Shown piece after piece: positions 52,799 through 61,812 of a stretch of DNA of 63,040 nt. Made by a program: the position numbers and the translations under genes. Every line of letters starts with the position of its first letter. Position 1 is the stretch's first letter. Origin of the DNA: Thermoplasmatota archaeon. Lineage in GTDB: Archaea; Thermoplasmatota; E2; DHVEG-1. The notes under the pieces are model-generated. The model saw nothing but the letters and a program-made list of their open reading frames with translations, was not told where the DNA came from and did not search any database. The stretch covers positions 1-63,040 of the forward strand of contig JAFGDG010000111.1 in assembly GCA_016932245.1 (NCBI GenBank), written 5' to 3'.

Positions 52799-53610
52799 GA
52801 TGCAATCTGTGTTTTCTTCTGGTGCCAAACTATCATGCTTATCAGTAAAATCGTAAGGACTATTACTCCCGCTAAGGCAGTATACGCAACTTCCGTGCGA
52901 AGATCAAAAACGGAATCTGATTGCATGCGTTTAATAGCGATACCAAGTAGCGCCCAAATAATAACTAACGTGTAGCCAATGTCCTCCCGTTGTATGAGAA
53001 CTAGCAGGCCGATAATTGTAGCAACAATAAGGATAACCAACGTCAGCAAAATTTGAGTATCAAGTATCATGGTGTCCCAACCAAGCGTGACTAAAACAGC
53101 CGTGACATTAGCAATAGTAGCAACAGTTATCCATCCTAGATAGACGCTGACCATGGTATGTACAGCGAGTTTCTCTTTAAGCATTACCTTGATTTTTCCG
53201 ATTTCCAGACGTAGATACATGGCAAGCAACGAAACAAATAACAGAAGCATGGGCAAAATCGATAAGATTACTTGCTCGTAATGCCATAAAAATATCCATA
53301 TAATATTACCAATTCCTGCAAGAATAAACCAAAAACTGATCCTATGCAGAAACGGCATCTCAATTTTCTTTGCTGAGAAGAGATCTCGTGCTTGGTACAG
53401 AGCAAACAAGATGAGAAGCACATAGATGACACCCCAAATAGCAAAGGTCAAACCACTGGGAACAAATAAATTTGGAATGTTGCCAGCAATATCGCCCGTA
53501 TATTTGCCATTCAACGGAAGTGCATTGGCAAGAATGTTAATGATAACGGTAAGAAACGCGATAAGTAAATTGCCAACCTGTAGATATGGTTTTATTTTCT
53601 CATTTACCAT
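52795..53610 (-). CDS. multi-pass membrane protein, TspO/MBR-related (long form)
   Basis: ANALPLNGKYTGDIAGNIPNLFVPSGLTFAIWGVIYVLL resembles the long TspO/MBR-annotated family. About 8 TM segments. Called from memory of the motif only. Confidence 0.4.
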   Translation of the reverse strand: MVNEKIKPYLQVGNLLIAFLTVIINILANALPLNGKYTGDIAGNIPNLFVPSGLTFAIWGVIYVLLILFALYQARDLFSAKKIEMPFLHRISFWFILAGIGNIIWIFLWHYEQVILSILPMLLLFVSLLAMYLRLEIGKIKVMLKEKLAVHTMVSVYLGWITVATIANVTAVLVTLGWDTMILDTQILLTLVILIVATIIGLLVLIQREDIGYTLVIIWALLGIAIKRMQSDSVFDLRTEVAYTALAGVIVLTILLISMIVWHQKKTQIAS

Positions 53611-53658
53611 TGTTTCTCCCCAGTAACATCAATGAATTTGACCATAAAAAGATATGCT

Positions 53659-55350
53659 CTACTGCATTGTTGTCTTAGGGGGCAGCTTTGCATAGTATTG
53701 TAGCAGGGAGGGGTTTGCTGTTTCACCATAGACAATCCGCTGTAGTTTTGGTTGTATCGTAACCTTATTTTCTTCTACTTTCTTTTGATAGTGTTTTGCA
53801 ATTATTTTTGCAAACACCGTCTTTACTTTATGACTTGCACGTGGCTCACCAAAGACGTCATATACACGATCACGAAGATCGGCGATCATTGCTGCTACGT
53901 TATCGTTTGGTGCATACTTTACACCAATATCATACAGCGGATAACACATTTTGCAGTTTGCAGCATACACGTCAGCACGAGCCTGCTGAATAGGAATATC
54001 AGAATCATAAAATCGGAGATATCCCTTCAAATTTTTTTGGATGAATCGGAAGGCGGATGGACCCAACTGTTGATAATCTCGTTCAAAACAGTATCGTTGA
54101 AGCTGTTTCATACGCTCTCCATCGATATGGTTGTGTTTGAAACTCAAGGTAAACCCATCGATTTTGTGGAGTGGGATATCCTTTAGGATGCGCCCTTCTC
54201 TGTGGAAACAGGTATAGAGTGGTGTTCCAGGAACAGGTGTATAGATAAGAAACTGAGAGAGGGTGGGATCAAGAGAAAGATGATATGCTAAATCTTGTTT
54301 TACCAGATCTTCCGTGTGATGTTCAAGACCGACAATCATCGAAATAAGAGTGTTGATACCTACATCATGAAGACTACGGAGCGTCTTCTTGATGTCTATC
54401 TTGTCCATCTTTGGATACGAAGAGATAGCTGTTTCCTCCTCCGAAACTTTTTTTGTAAGATACTCTTGTTTTGCTCGAAGGTCTTGAGAGCTTTTTGATT
54501 CAATACCAACCCAGAGTGTTTCTATGCCCATCTCTGCGAGAAACACCGGATCATACATACTGATTGCTTTAATCGATGAAAAACCTGCCATGCGTACCGG
54601 ATTCACCATCTCTTTTCTTGTGTACTCTGCAAGTTCCATCACTCGCTTTTTGTACAATAGAAAATCTTCTTCCATAATGCCAACAAGGCGAGTATGGAGT
54701 TTTGCATCACACTTGAGAATGGCATCCCAGACATCTTTCCCGGTCTTTAATAGTGGAATATGTTGCCGGTTGTAAAAATGAGAGGTGCTACAAAAATCAC
54801 AGCCATTTGGGCAGCCAAGCCCAGCAAGAAGGATTGATCCTTGGTTCACGGTTACATTCATGATTTTCTTTTTTTCAGGGATAACTGGGTGCTCCCGCGG
54901 AGCATCAATATCCTCGCCAAGGAGTCGACGCATAAAGGTAACTCCTTCTTCACGGCAGACGTAATCAGCAAGTTCATCTGCTCCAAGAACGGCGGTTCCA
55001 TAGCCACCAAGAATGAGTTTGGCGTCTGGCGCATGTGTTCGTACCAGGGCACACATTTTTTCCATTTTTCGATGGGTACAGATGACGTAGGAGATGCCTA
55101 CATAATCGTATCCCTTCTTCAGTTCCTTGATAAACTCTTGCTCGGAAGGGTAGTTCAAAACAACCGTTTTTGGTTTGATGTTTAGCGCGATATACTCTAA
55201 CCCAAAGCCGCCGGAGTAGGTTCGCATACTGAACAACCCTTGGGCCAGCGTAATTTGTCCATGAAATAGTTCTGGTTGTGTTTGAAAGGTACAATCGTCA
55301 GAATCGACATAGAATGGTCTCATAACAGTAGTGAGGAGAATTTTAGGCAT
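53659..55350 (-). CDS. B12-binding-domain radical SAM enzyme (class B)
   Basis: N-terminal Rossmann-like B12-type domain (YDYVGISYVICTH...KLILGGYG). CPNGCDFC is the C-x3-C-x2-C motif. Own promoter, with the TATA bracketed by the 7-bp inverted repeat gtttaca/tgtaaac (55369-55407). Confidence 0.8.
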   Translation of the reverse strand: MPKILLTTVMRPFYVDSDDCTFQTQPELFHGQITLAQGLFSMRTYSGGFGLEYIALNIKPKTVVLNYPSEQEFIKELKKGYDYVGISYVICTHRKMEKMCALVRTHAPDAKLILGGYGTAVLGADELADYVCREEGVTFMRRLLGEDIDAPREHPVIPEKKKIMNVTVNQGSILLAGLGCPNGCDFCSTSHFYNRQHIPLLKTGKDVWDAILKCDAKLHTRLVGIMEEDFLLYKKRVMELAEYTRKEMVNPVRMAGFSSIKAISMYDPVFLAEMGIETLWVGIESKSSQDLRAKQEYLTKKVSEEETAISSYPKMDKIDIKKTLRSLHDVGINTLISMIVGLEHHTEDLVKQDLAYHLSLDPTLSQFLIYTPVPGTPLYTCFHREGRILKDIPLHKIDGFTLSFKHNHIDGERMKQLQRYCFERDYQQLGPSAFRFIQKNLKGYLRFYDSDIPIQQARADVYAANCKMCYPLYDIGVKYAPNDNVAAMIADLRDRVYDVFGEPRASHKVKTVFAKIIAKHYQKKVEENKVTIQPKLQRIVYGETANPSLLQYYAKLPPKTTMQ

Positions 55351-55429
55351 GTCCTCTCCTTTTTACTTGTTTACATCATGGACTCTAGATATAAACATTT
55401 TGTAAACTCTTGAATTGCGATCTGTATTA

Positions 55430-57067
55430 TTATCTACGTTGTTGGAAGATCATATTGTGTAGTATGCCTTGTTTGACAAGGGGGTTAAAAATCAACGATG
55501 TCGACGAAAATGTAGCAGAAACGCCATGTGCATTTGCTCGTTTTAGAGAAAAGGTATATGTTGTTTCTTTTCCTGCAACAATGGTAATAGTTGTTTCTTG
55601 ATCTACATACTCTTCCATATGTGCCCGTAGAAGATATTCACCTTCAGGGAGATCGTTTCTTGCGTAGTAATCAGCACTATCCCTCTCTGGTTGGATATCA
55701 TGCCAGATGTTGGTTGCTTCGTCCCAGGCAGCAACTGATGCATTTTTGATGGGCAAATTGAGAATGTTGCTCTCCGTATGAACGCGCAATGCTCCATTTG
55801 CTCCATTCACAGATGCTCTTTCAATGGGATCTTCCTCATATTTGTATACCCAGCACATAAAGTCCTCATGGTGATCGATCATTACTGATCCTGCTTGAAT
55901 TTCGTTCTTTCCATCATTATCACAATCGCCAATGGAAACAACGGCAAGATGACCAAAGGTAGGAAGCACGGCTTCTTCAATATAGGTTGTTCCATTCCAT
56001 TGTAAGATGTGAACGAGATGAGTGCCTGCGCATACCTCCGGCATACCATCGCCATCAACATCACCTACATCAATTCCTTCAATAAGCGTTCCTTCCCCCG
56101 GCCATTCAATTTCAAATTTTAGTTCGTAACCATCTCCGTCCCATTCGAAGATGGAAATCATGGGATTCCAGTAGCTGAGGTGGATTTCCAGTTTTCCATC
56201 ATTATCACTATCTTTTAATACACATCCAAAGGGGTAATAGTCTTCCCCTGTTGTTTTAATGACAGTCTCTTCGAACTCTTCAGTTTCTTCGTTCCAGTCG
56301 AGAACGTATACTTTGAATCCTGAACCAACAACCAATTCATTTTTCCCGTCTTCATCAATATCGCCAATTCCTGGAAAATAAACATACGTGTAACTGCTAG
56401 AGGGATTGTTCCACTCGGCTACTTTGACCAAGCCAAGTGGGGTCCATTTGAATATCACGACTTCAGGTGCAGTCCCCCCACCAGTCATTGGACCCCCGGT
56501 CACAATTAATTCATTCGTCCCGTCGGTATCGAAATCACCAATAAGACAATCTGCGCTTCCACCGCCGAGATTAAATACATAAGAGTTCAATCCAATGGTT
56601 CGATACTTACCGTTAATGTATTTATGAACGGAGGTTCCCCAGGTAGCTGCGATTTCGTTTTTTTTATCGCCTGTCAAATCACCTATGGCAAAACCTCCAG
56701 CATCTGGTGTTTGAAATGGATAGAATGGTGGAAACAGCGTATTCACCTCAAGATATGTTTGTTTGTCTTCATCCCATTCAAAAACCCTAATTTTATTGTC
56801 CCTCCCCACAACCAGCATTTCATTATCACCGTCATTATCACAATCACCAATGGGCTGTGGACCTTCATAGCGGGCACCATATCCTCGATCATCACCAAAA
56901 TTCATCTGCCATTGAACAACATACTCCCCACGTACAGGTTCTGTTACTGCTCTTGGTACTTGTTTCGCTACTGTGTCGTATTCACGTATTCTCTGTGCTT
57001 GCAGCCCAGTCATTGACATCATCAAAATGCAGATGATTACTAACAAAACAACATATGTTTTCTTCAT
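55430..57067 (-). CDS. secreted FG-GAP/VCBS-repeat beta-propeller protein with C-terminal CarboxypepD_reg-like domain
   Basis: Signal peptide MKKTYVVLLVIICILMMSMTGLQA. Seven DxDxDGxxE loops (GDCDNDGDNEM, GDFDTDGTNEL, GDIDEDGKNEL, KDSDNDGKLEI, GDVDGDGMPEV, GDCDNDGKNEI ...). C-terminal PEGEYLLRAHMEEYVDQETTITIVAG. Confidence 0.75.
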   Translation of the reverse strand: MKKTYVVLLVIICILMMSMTGLQAQRIREYDTVAKQVPRAVTEPVRGEYVVQWQMNFGDDRGYGARYEGPQPIGDCDNDGDNEMLVVGRDNKIRVFEWDEDKQTYLEVNTLFPPFYPFQTPDAGGFAIGDLTGDKKNEIAATWGTSVHKYINGKYRTIGLNSYVFNLGGGSADCLIGDFDTDGTNELIVTGGPMTGGGTAPEVVIFKWTPLGLVKVAEWNNPSSSYTYVYFPGIGDIDEDGKNELVVGSGFKVYVLDWNEETEEFEETVIKTTGEDYYPFGCVLKDSDNDGKLEIHLSYWNPMISIFEWDGDGYELKFEIEWPGEGTLIEGIDVGDVDGDGMPEVCAGTHLVHILQWNGTTYIEEAVLPTFGHLAVVSIGDCDNDGKNEIQAGSVMIDHHEDFMCWVYKYEEDPIERASVNGANGALRVHTESNILNLPIKNASVAAWDEATNIWHDIQPERDSADYYARNDLPEGEYLLRAHMEEYVDQETTITIVAGKETTYTFSLKRANAHGVSATFSSTSLIFNPLVKQGILHNMIFQQRR

Positions 57068-57167
57068 TTAAAGATCCCCCACAAATCATGAGGGTAATCA
57101 GTAAGACTATTAAAAACATTTATGGGAACAAAAAAGTAAATTCAAAATGAATAATAAAAAGGAGGAG

Positions 57168-57311
57168 TTAGGCATTCGTATAATGTTTTTTCCACGTAAA
57201 TTCAACTTTTTTCATATGGGGTGGGATTTTTTTACCACTCTTAGTAGTATATCCCTCTACTGCTTCCCAGCGAATACCATATTCACCAATTTTACTGTGA
57301 TGATGCTTCAT
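57168..57311 (-). CDS. micro-ORF (47 aa, His/Lys-rich) behind bipartite promoter copy 3
   Basis: Hand translation: MKHHHSKIGEYGIRWEAVEGYTTKSGKKIPPHMKKVEFTWKKHYTNA. GAGGTGG lies 7 nt upstream. There is an alternative ATG at 57329. A T-rich terminator-like tract follows the stop. Confidence 0.3.
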   Translation of the reverse strand: MKHHHSKIGEYGIRWEAVEGYTTKSGKKIPPHMKKVEFTWKKHYTNA

Positions 57312-57376
57312 GTCTGTTCCACCTCTCATTTTTCAATATTCCTGGAGAATATACAACGTTCTTTCTGTCAGTGAAT

Positions 57377-57454
57377 CTATATAAAGCTGTCGCGGTAAAC
57401 TGTCAAAATGAAATTTTGTTAGGACAGGACATATGTCCCTGCACACTGTCAAAA
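57377..57454 (-). promoter_or_regulatory. bipartite promoter copy 3 plus a second upstream TTTTGACA box and a 12-bp palindrome
   Basis: ctatataaag (57377-57386), N14, tgtcaaaa (57401-57408). Palindrome ggacatatgtcc (57427-57438). Second ctgtcaaaatgaaa at 57446-57459. Confidence 0.5.
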
Positions 57455-57648
57455 TGAAAACCTACATACTTAGATACATATCTAGCTACGAAAAAGGTAC
57501 TTAAAACCCCACAATATTTCCTGGGATGGAAGGAATCGGGCTGGTAGTTATTTTGAGTGCATCCCATCCCCTCCTAATGAGGCCAGCCCCCTTCTTTTTT
57601 TACCCCCTTTTCAAAATTATCGCCTCTTATTTTTCCACTAAATAAAGT

Positions 57649-58035
57649 CTATTGTTTTTCAAAAGCAAGCGCCAGAGAATTAATACAGTACCGTTTTCCT
57701 GTTGGCTGGGGGCCATCATCAAACACATGTCCTAAATGACTGCCACACCGACTGCATAACACTTCTATCCTTTCCATCCCGAGACCGTGATCTGGTTGTG
57801 TTGTTATGTTGCCTCGGTCAAGAGCATCAAAAAAACTTGGCCATCCTGAACCAGAATCAAATTTCGTATCAGAAGAAAATAAAGGATTTCCACAAGCAGC
57901 ACAGAGATATGTACCTGTTTCTTTGTTGTTGAGATACTTTCCACTAAAGGGCGACTCTGTTCCCTTCTCCCGTAAGACATGATATGCTGCAGGATCGAGT
58001 TCTTCTTTCCACTCCTTTTCTAATCTTTTCATCAT
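57649..58035 (-). CDS. msrB: peptide-methionine (R)-S-oxide reductase
   Basis: CAACGNPLF and [12 protein letters not shown] zinc CxxC pairs, GWPSF, and catalytic RYCINS. Start set to ATG 58035. The track extension to 58131 overlaps a zinc-ribbon micro-ORF in another frame. Confidence 0.85.
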   Translation of the reverse strand: MMKRLEKEWKEELDPAAYHVLREKGTESPFSGKYLNNKETGTYLCAACGNPLFSSDTKFDSGSGWPSFFDALDRGNITTQPDHGLGMERIEVLCSRCGSHLGHVFDDGPQPTGKRYCINSLALAFEKQ

Positions 58036-58055
58036 GAATGCCAGCTCTCTATTAT

Positions 58056-58199
58056 CTACTGAGCTTGTTGTTTTCTTTTCCGTTTTTCTAACTGTTCCTG
58101 GCTGTAATACTTTGCACAACAATTGGGACAAGCGATAGGGGATTCACCCGAACGTCGTATCCAGCGGTGCCCACAAAACGGACAATTCTCTTTTTTCAT
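58056..58199 (-). CDS. zinc-ribbon micro-ORF (47 aa)
   Basis: Hand translation: [47 protein letters not shown] (CPFC...CPNC). It ends 20 nt before the msrB ATG. Confidence 0.35.
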   Translation of the reverse strand: MKKENCPFCGHRWIRRSGESPIACPNCCAKYYSQEQLEKRKRKQQAQ

Positions 58200-58235
58200 G
58201 AAGTTGCCCCGGGTACATCATATAGAAGCTATTGT

Positions 58236-58562
58236 TTAAAAAGATATCTCTGAAGAATGTCTAGTCATCTTCTTTTTTTGTACAGCAAGGTGCCGTAATT
58301 TCTTTTCGAATCGTGGTAAGCAACGAGTACATACATCATCGATGTTCTGTTGTCCATCCAACAATAGCTCATAGCAAAGTACGATAAGGTCTGCAGTTTC
58401 TATGGCCCAATGTTGGTTACTGTGTGCATGGAGTATGGCAATCTCATCAACGTGCTCGCGCATCATTTCAAGAATTTTTTGTGTATTGGCAGGATTCACT
58501 AGTTCAGATAAATGCGCAATATCTTCTACCCTTTTTCGAAAATCTTCATGTATTGTCTTCAT
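58236..58562 (-). CDS. MazG-like all-alpha NTP pyrophosphohydrolase candidate
   Basis: REHVDEIAILHAH...AIETADLIVLCYELL resembles the MazG EExxE...ExxD helices. The ATG at 58562 has a GGAGAAG SD. Confidence 0.4.
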   Translation of the reverse strand: MKTIHEDFRKRVEDIAHLSELVNPANTQKILEMMREHVDEIAILHAHSNQHWAIETADLIVLCYELLLDGQQNIDDVCTRCLPRFEKKLRHLAVQKKKMTRHSSEISF

Positions 58563-58573
58563 GAGAACTTCTC

Positions 58574-58735
58574 CTATCCCTGCTCGGTCATCCACTTGAT
58601 TAGTTCCTTTCTACAAGAAAGACAAAGATGATGCTCGTATGGTTTTCCTTTCCCCGGTTCGGCATAGTCTATTCGAACATGGGTGTCAAAGATATCATTG
58701 TACGTCTTTTTACACCGGTCGCATGTTACGTTCAT
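58574..58735 (-). CDS. zinc-ribbon micro-ORF (53 aa)
   Basis: Hand translation: MNVTCDRCKKTYNDIFDTHVRIDYAEPGKGKPYEHHLCLSCRKELIKWMTEQG (CDRC...CLSC). The stop is 11 nt before the MazG-like ATG. Confidence 0.35.
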   Translation of the reverse strand: MNVTCDRCKKTYNDIFDTHVRIDYAEPGKGKPYEHHLCLSCRKELIKWMTEQG

Positions 58736-58847
58736 GTCAAGCCCCTTTACATCATTAAGTTTTTTTGCTTAAACGTTTTGCTATCAACAGAAAGAAATAA
58801 TCAGCGTATATTATATATAATACTACTTTTATATAATTACGGTTTTC

Positions 58848-59483
58848 ATGGATAAAGCCTTGTTAATCCAATCGGCAGTGAAAGCATCTGAGGTTCTCAG
58901 AAAGGTTTCCTTTCCCGAACTTGTTGAGGCAACCTCTGGTTATATGGTTTTTTTTCTTGATAGGGCAGACTCAAAGGATAATGAATTGTACGAGAAACTA
59001 GCAACGGCTGCCAACAGCCTTCTAAAAATTTGTCACAAAACACGGCGTCGTTTTCAGGGAAATCGTATCAATGAGGTTGGTATTGCTATTGAAGAAGAAT
59101 TTGTTCAAGAATTAAGAAAAACTGATCTTTCACCGCGCCTCTTGATTGAAAAAGGATATCCTGATATGGAATTGGACGATCGACACGGGAGAAAAACTTA
59201 CCTAGAATCAAAAGCTACCAGCAAGCAATGGGATGACACCTTCCGTTCATTCTACTATTCAAATGGCAAAAAGATTACCACTAATGCTCGCCACCTTCTC
59301 ATTGGATGGAAAATCGAAGAGGAAAATGACAAATATTGGAAACTTGTCGACTGGAAACTTGTTGATCTGTTTTATCTAAACGTGGGACTAAAAAGTGAGT
59401 TTAATGCTAGTAATAAAGATATTTACATTGGCACGCAACAGGAAGAACAGAAGGCAACGCAATCCGTCCTGTCAACAGCGTAA
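58848..59483 (+). CDS. type II restriction endonuclease candidate (PD-(D/E)xK)
   Basis: [22 protein letters not shown] fits PD...ExK. Convergent with, and overlapping, the adjacent methyltransferase. Confidence 0.55.
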   Translation: MDKALLIQSAVKASEVLRKVSFPELVEATSGYMVFFLDRADSKDNELYEKLATAANSLLKICHKTRRRFQGNRINEVGIAIEEEFVQELRKTDLSPRLLIEKGYPDMELDDRHGRKTYLESKATSKQWDDTFRSFYYSNGKKITTNARHLLIGWKIEEENDKYWKLVDWKLVDLFYLNVGLKSEFNASNKDIYIGTQQEEQKATQSVLSTA

Positions 59484-60314
59484 CGTTTCTTGCGTACTCT
59501 TTATCAAACATTTTTTTGCAATGTCAATGTAGGAAGGATCGATCTCGAAGCCAATATAAGGTACTCCCATTTTTTTACATGCAAGTGCTGTTGAACCAAT
59601 GCCCATAAAAGGGTCCATTACAAGGTTAATACTCTGCACGCCGTGGAGTTTTAAGCACATCTCTGGGAGTTTGATAGGAAAGACGGTGGGGTGTGGTCGC
59701 GACTTTTGAATGGTTTCATAGGGAATAAACCAGGTATTTCCCCTATCGTGAATGTCCTGTTGAGCTGCCTTCCATCGGCCGATATTGCTTTTATCTTGAT
59801 ACGGTACGCCAATCGCTAACTTATCAAGGGGCGTTTCTCCTGTTTTGGTAAACTGAAAGATATATTCATGACAACTGTTAAGATAGCGGTTACTGTTAAT
59901 GGGTTTATAATGGCCAACTGAGATGTCACCGGTAATATTGGGGTATTTGCCCGCGTCTTCTTGAGGAATGGCAATAGATTTGATCCAATGGATTACATTT
60001 TGCATGACAAAATATTTCCGAAACCGTGCCGCAATATCTAGAGCAATCCAATGGTCAGACGGTTTTCCGCCGACATTTAAGAAAAAGGACCCCTCCTCAG
60101 TCATGATCTGTTGACTTTCTTTCGCTACTGATTCCATCCACTCTAGATATTCATCTCGCGGTCGCACATCATTATACGTTTGGTATTCTTTGCCAATATT
60201 GTATGGTGGGGAGGTAACAATAACCTCTACAAGCATCGATTGCTTTTGCATCGCTTTGATGCCTTTGAGACAATCCATCTGGTAAATGGTGTTCTTCTTG
60301 AGCGTTTTTGGCAT
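59472..60314 (-). CDS. beta-class DNA methyltransferase (N4-cytosine or N6-adenine; SPPY motif favours m4C)
   Basis: Motif [11 protein letters not shown] precedes motif [15 protein letters not shown], which is the beta-class order. Confidence 0.85.
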   Translation of the reverse strand: MPKTLKKNTIYQMDCLKGIKAMQKQSMLVEVIVTSPPYNIGKEYQTYNDVRPRDEYLEWMESVAKESQQIMTEEGSFFLNVGGKPSDHWIALDIAARFRKYFVMQNVIHWIKSIAIPQEDAGKYPNITGDISVGHYKPINSNRYLNSCHEYIFQFTKTGETPLDKLAIGVPYQDKSNIGRWKAAQQDIHDRGNTWFIPYETIQKSRPHPTVFPIKLPEMCLKLHGVQSINLVMDPFMGIGSTALACKKMGVPYIGFEIDPSYIDIAKKCLIKSTQETLRC

Positions 60315-60353
60315 AAGAGAAACTCCACCTCTTATAATGGAGAAGATATATAC

Positions 60354-61811
60354 TTATTTTTTCTTCTGTTCAACCTGTATGTCTTCGGTAATGTTCGCTA
60401 GTCGTTTTGCTAAGTCGATATAGTGGTTGATGTCTGCTTTTGCATTAATCATGAGTTTTGCACCGTCCGGTGAACCGCCACCGTGCATGCAGCCAGGCAC
60501 TCCTGCGCCAATCGTTAACCATTCAATGAGCCGAGCGATTTTTGCTCGGGTTTCACCATCACAGTTTGCCTTCAGGTATTTTTTAAGCAACTTGCCATAG
60601 CGTGGATCATTAATGTCTTGGTATGAGGGTAGACATCCTGTTTCTGCGATACCGCCCGCGATATCCTGTGTTATGCGTTTTGTCTCATACGGTAATGTTG
60701 CCACGTGCACCTTATTTACGTTGGAAAGTAATTGGTTAGGTATCCATACGCCCGAGGGATGTTTGTAACCAAGAGCACTGGCAGCGATACCCATGCCAAA
60801 TGTCGTTTCGTTATTAATGATCATCTGCGTGATTTTTTGTCTAAAAACCTTTTCAGAAAGTCCATTGGCACGTGCCATGAGTGCAACGGCGCCTATCATG
60901 ACATCCCCTTGCCCGGCAACGCATCCACCAATAGCCGCACGGTATGGTGCAATAAAGTTCATAACCGCTCGAACGGCGTACTCATATTCGCCACACATGA
61001 ATACTCGCTCGTTAGGAATAAACACATCTTCAAACAGGAGATATGCCTGGGTAATGCCGCCAATGTCAACAGGTACATCAAAGCCTTCTTCTTGTTCTCT
61101 GGTGTCGCTTGGACGTCGGGTTTCCACGATCGTGAGATTCTTAATATCGCGGGGTATGACAAACGAAACGGCATAATCTTTATCCGACTCTTTATAGCCA
61201 GTTCCCGGCATGATGAAGAGTTCATTGGCCGCGGCAACACCGCAAATCATTACCTTGGCACCTCTCACCACGATACCATCTTTTCGTTTCTCAACCACAT
61301 GCAGACTCATATCAGGGTCCTGTTGTTGGGTTGGTGATTTTGATCGGTCCCCTTTTGGGTCAGTCAGTGCACCGGAGATGGTAATATCACGTTCCTGCGC
61401 ATCTTTCAACCAGGCTCGCAATCGCTTATGATACCCCGTTCCACCGTCCTTATCGATGTCGTGGGTTGTTGCCCACATGGCATTTATCGCGTTGAACCCT
61501 GCACATCTTCCACCAGTACATGTACCGGTGAGATTAAACATCAGACGTTTCATCTTTGTATTTGCAATCATATCATCTGCATTTTGCATGACGGAGAGAT
61601 AGCGAACAACCTGTTTGCCTGTCAGTATAGATTTAGTAGTGAGAATATCTTTATGTTCTGGCTGTCGTGCAGCATCAAAAATCTGTGCATGTCCTTCAAC
61701 GGTTCTTTTTGTAGCAGGATGTGTGGTGACATCCTTTATCAACTCTCCAAATTTGTAAATATTCGCCTCCATCTTACGTAAGCTTTCTTTATATTCTTTT
61801 GATGTTTTCAT
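60354..61811 (-). CDS. abfD: 4-hydroxybutyryl-CoA dehydratase / vinylacetyl-CoA delta-isomerase family protein
   Basis: 485 aa. TGTCTGGRCAG, ALTDPKGDRS and GGCVAGQGD are typical of the 4-BUDH/HpaB fold family. Confidence 0.8.
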   Translation of the reverse strand: MKTSKEYKESLRKMEANIYKFGELIKDVTTHPATKRTVEGHAQIFDAARQPEHKDILTTKSILTGKQVVRYLSVMQNADDMIANTKMKRLMFNLTGTCTGGRCAGFNAINAMWATTHDIDKDGGTGYHKRLRAWLKDAQERDITISGALTDPKGDRSKSPTQQQDPDMSLHVVEKRKDGIVVRGAKVMICGVAAANELFIMPGTGYKESDKDYAVSFVIPRDIKNLTIVETRRPSDTREQEEGFDVPVDIGGITQAYLLFEDVFIPNERVFMCGEYEYAVRAVMNFIAPYRAAIGGCVAGQGDVMIGAVALMARANGLSEKVFRQKITQMIINNETTFGMGIAASALGYKHPSGVWIPNQLLSNVNKVHVATLPYETKRITQDIAGGIAETGCLPSYQDINDPRYGKLLKKYLKANCDGETRAKIARLIEWLTIGAGVPGCMHGGGSPDGAKLMINAKADINHYIDLAKRLANITEDIQVEQKKK

Positions 61812-61812
61812 A

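Noticed and set aside
58036-58131. The 32-aa N-terminal extension of MsrB in the ORF track ([20 protein letters not shown]...).
   Set aside because: The MsrB domain begins at MMKRLEKEW. The extension overlaps a CxxC...CxxC micro-ORF in another frame and has no homology.
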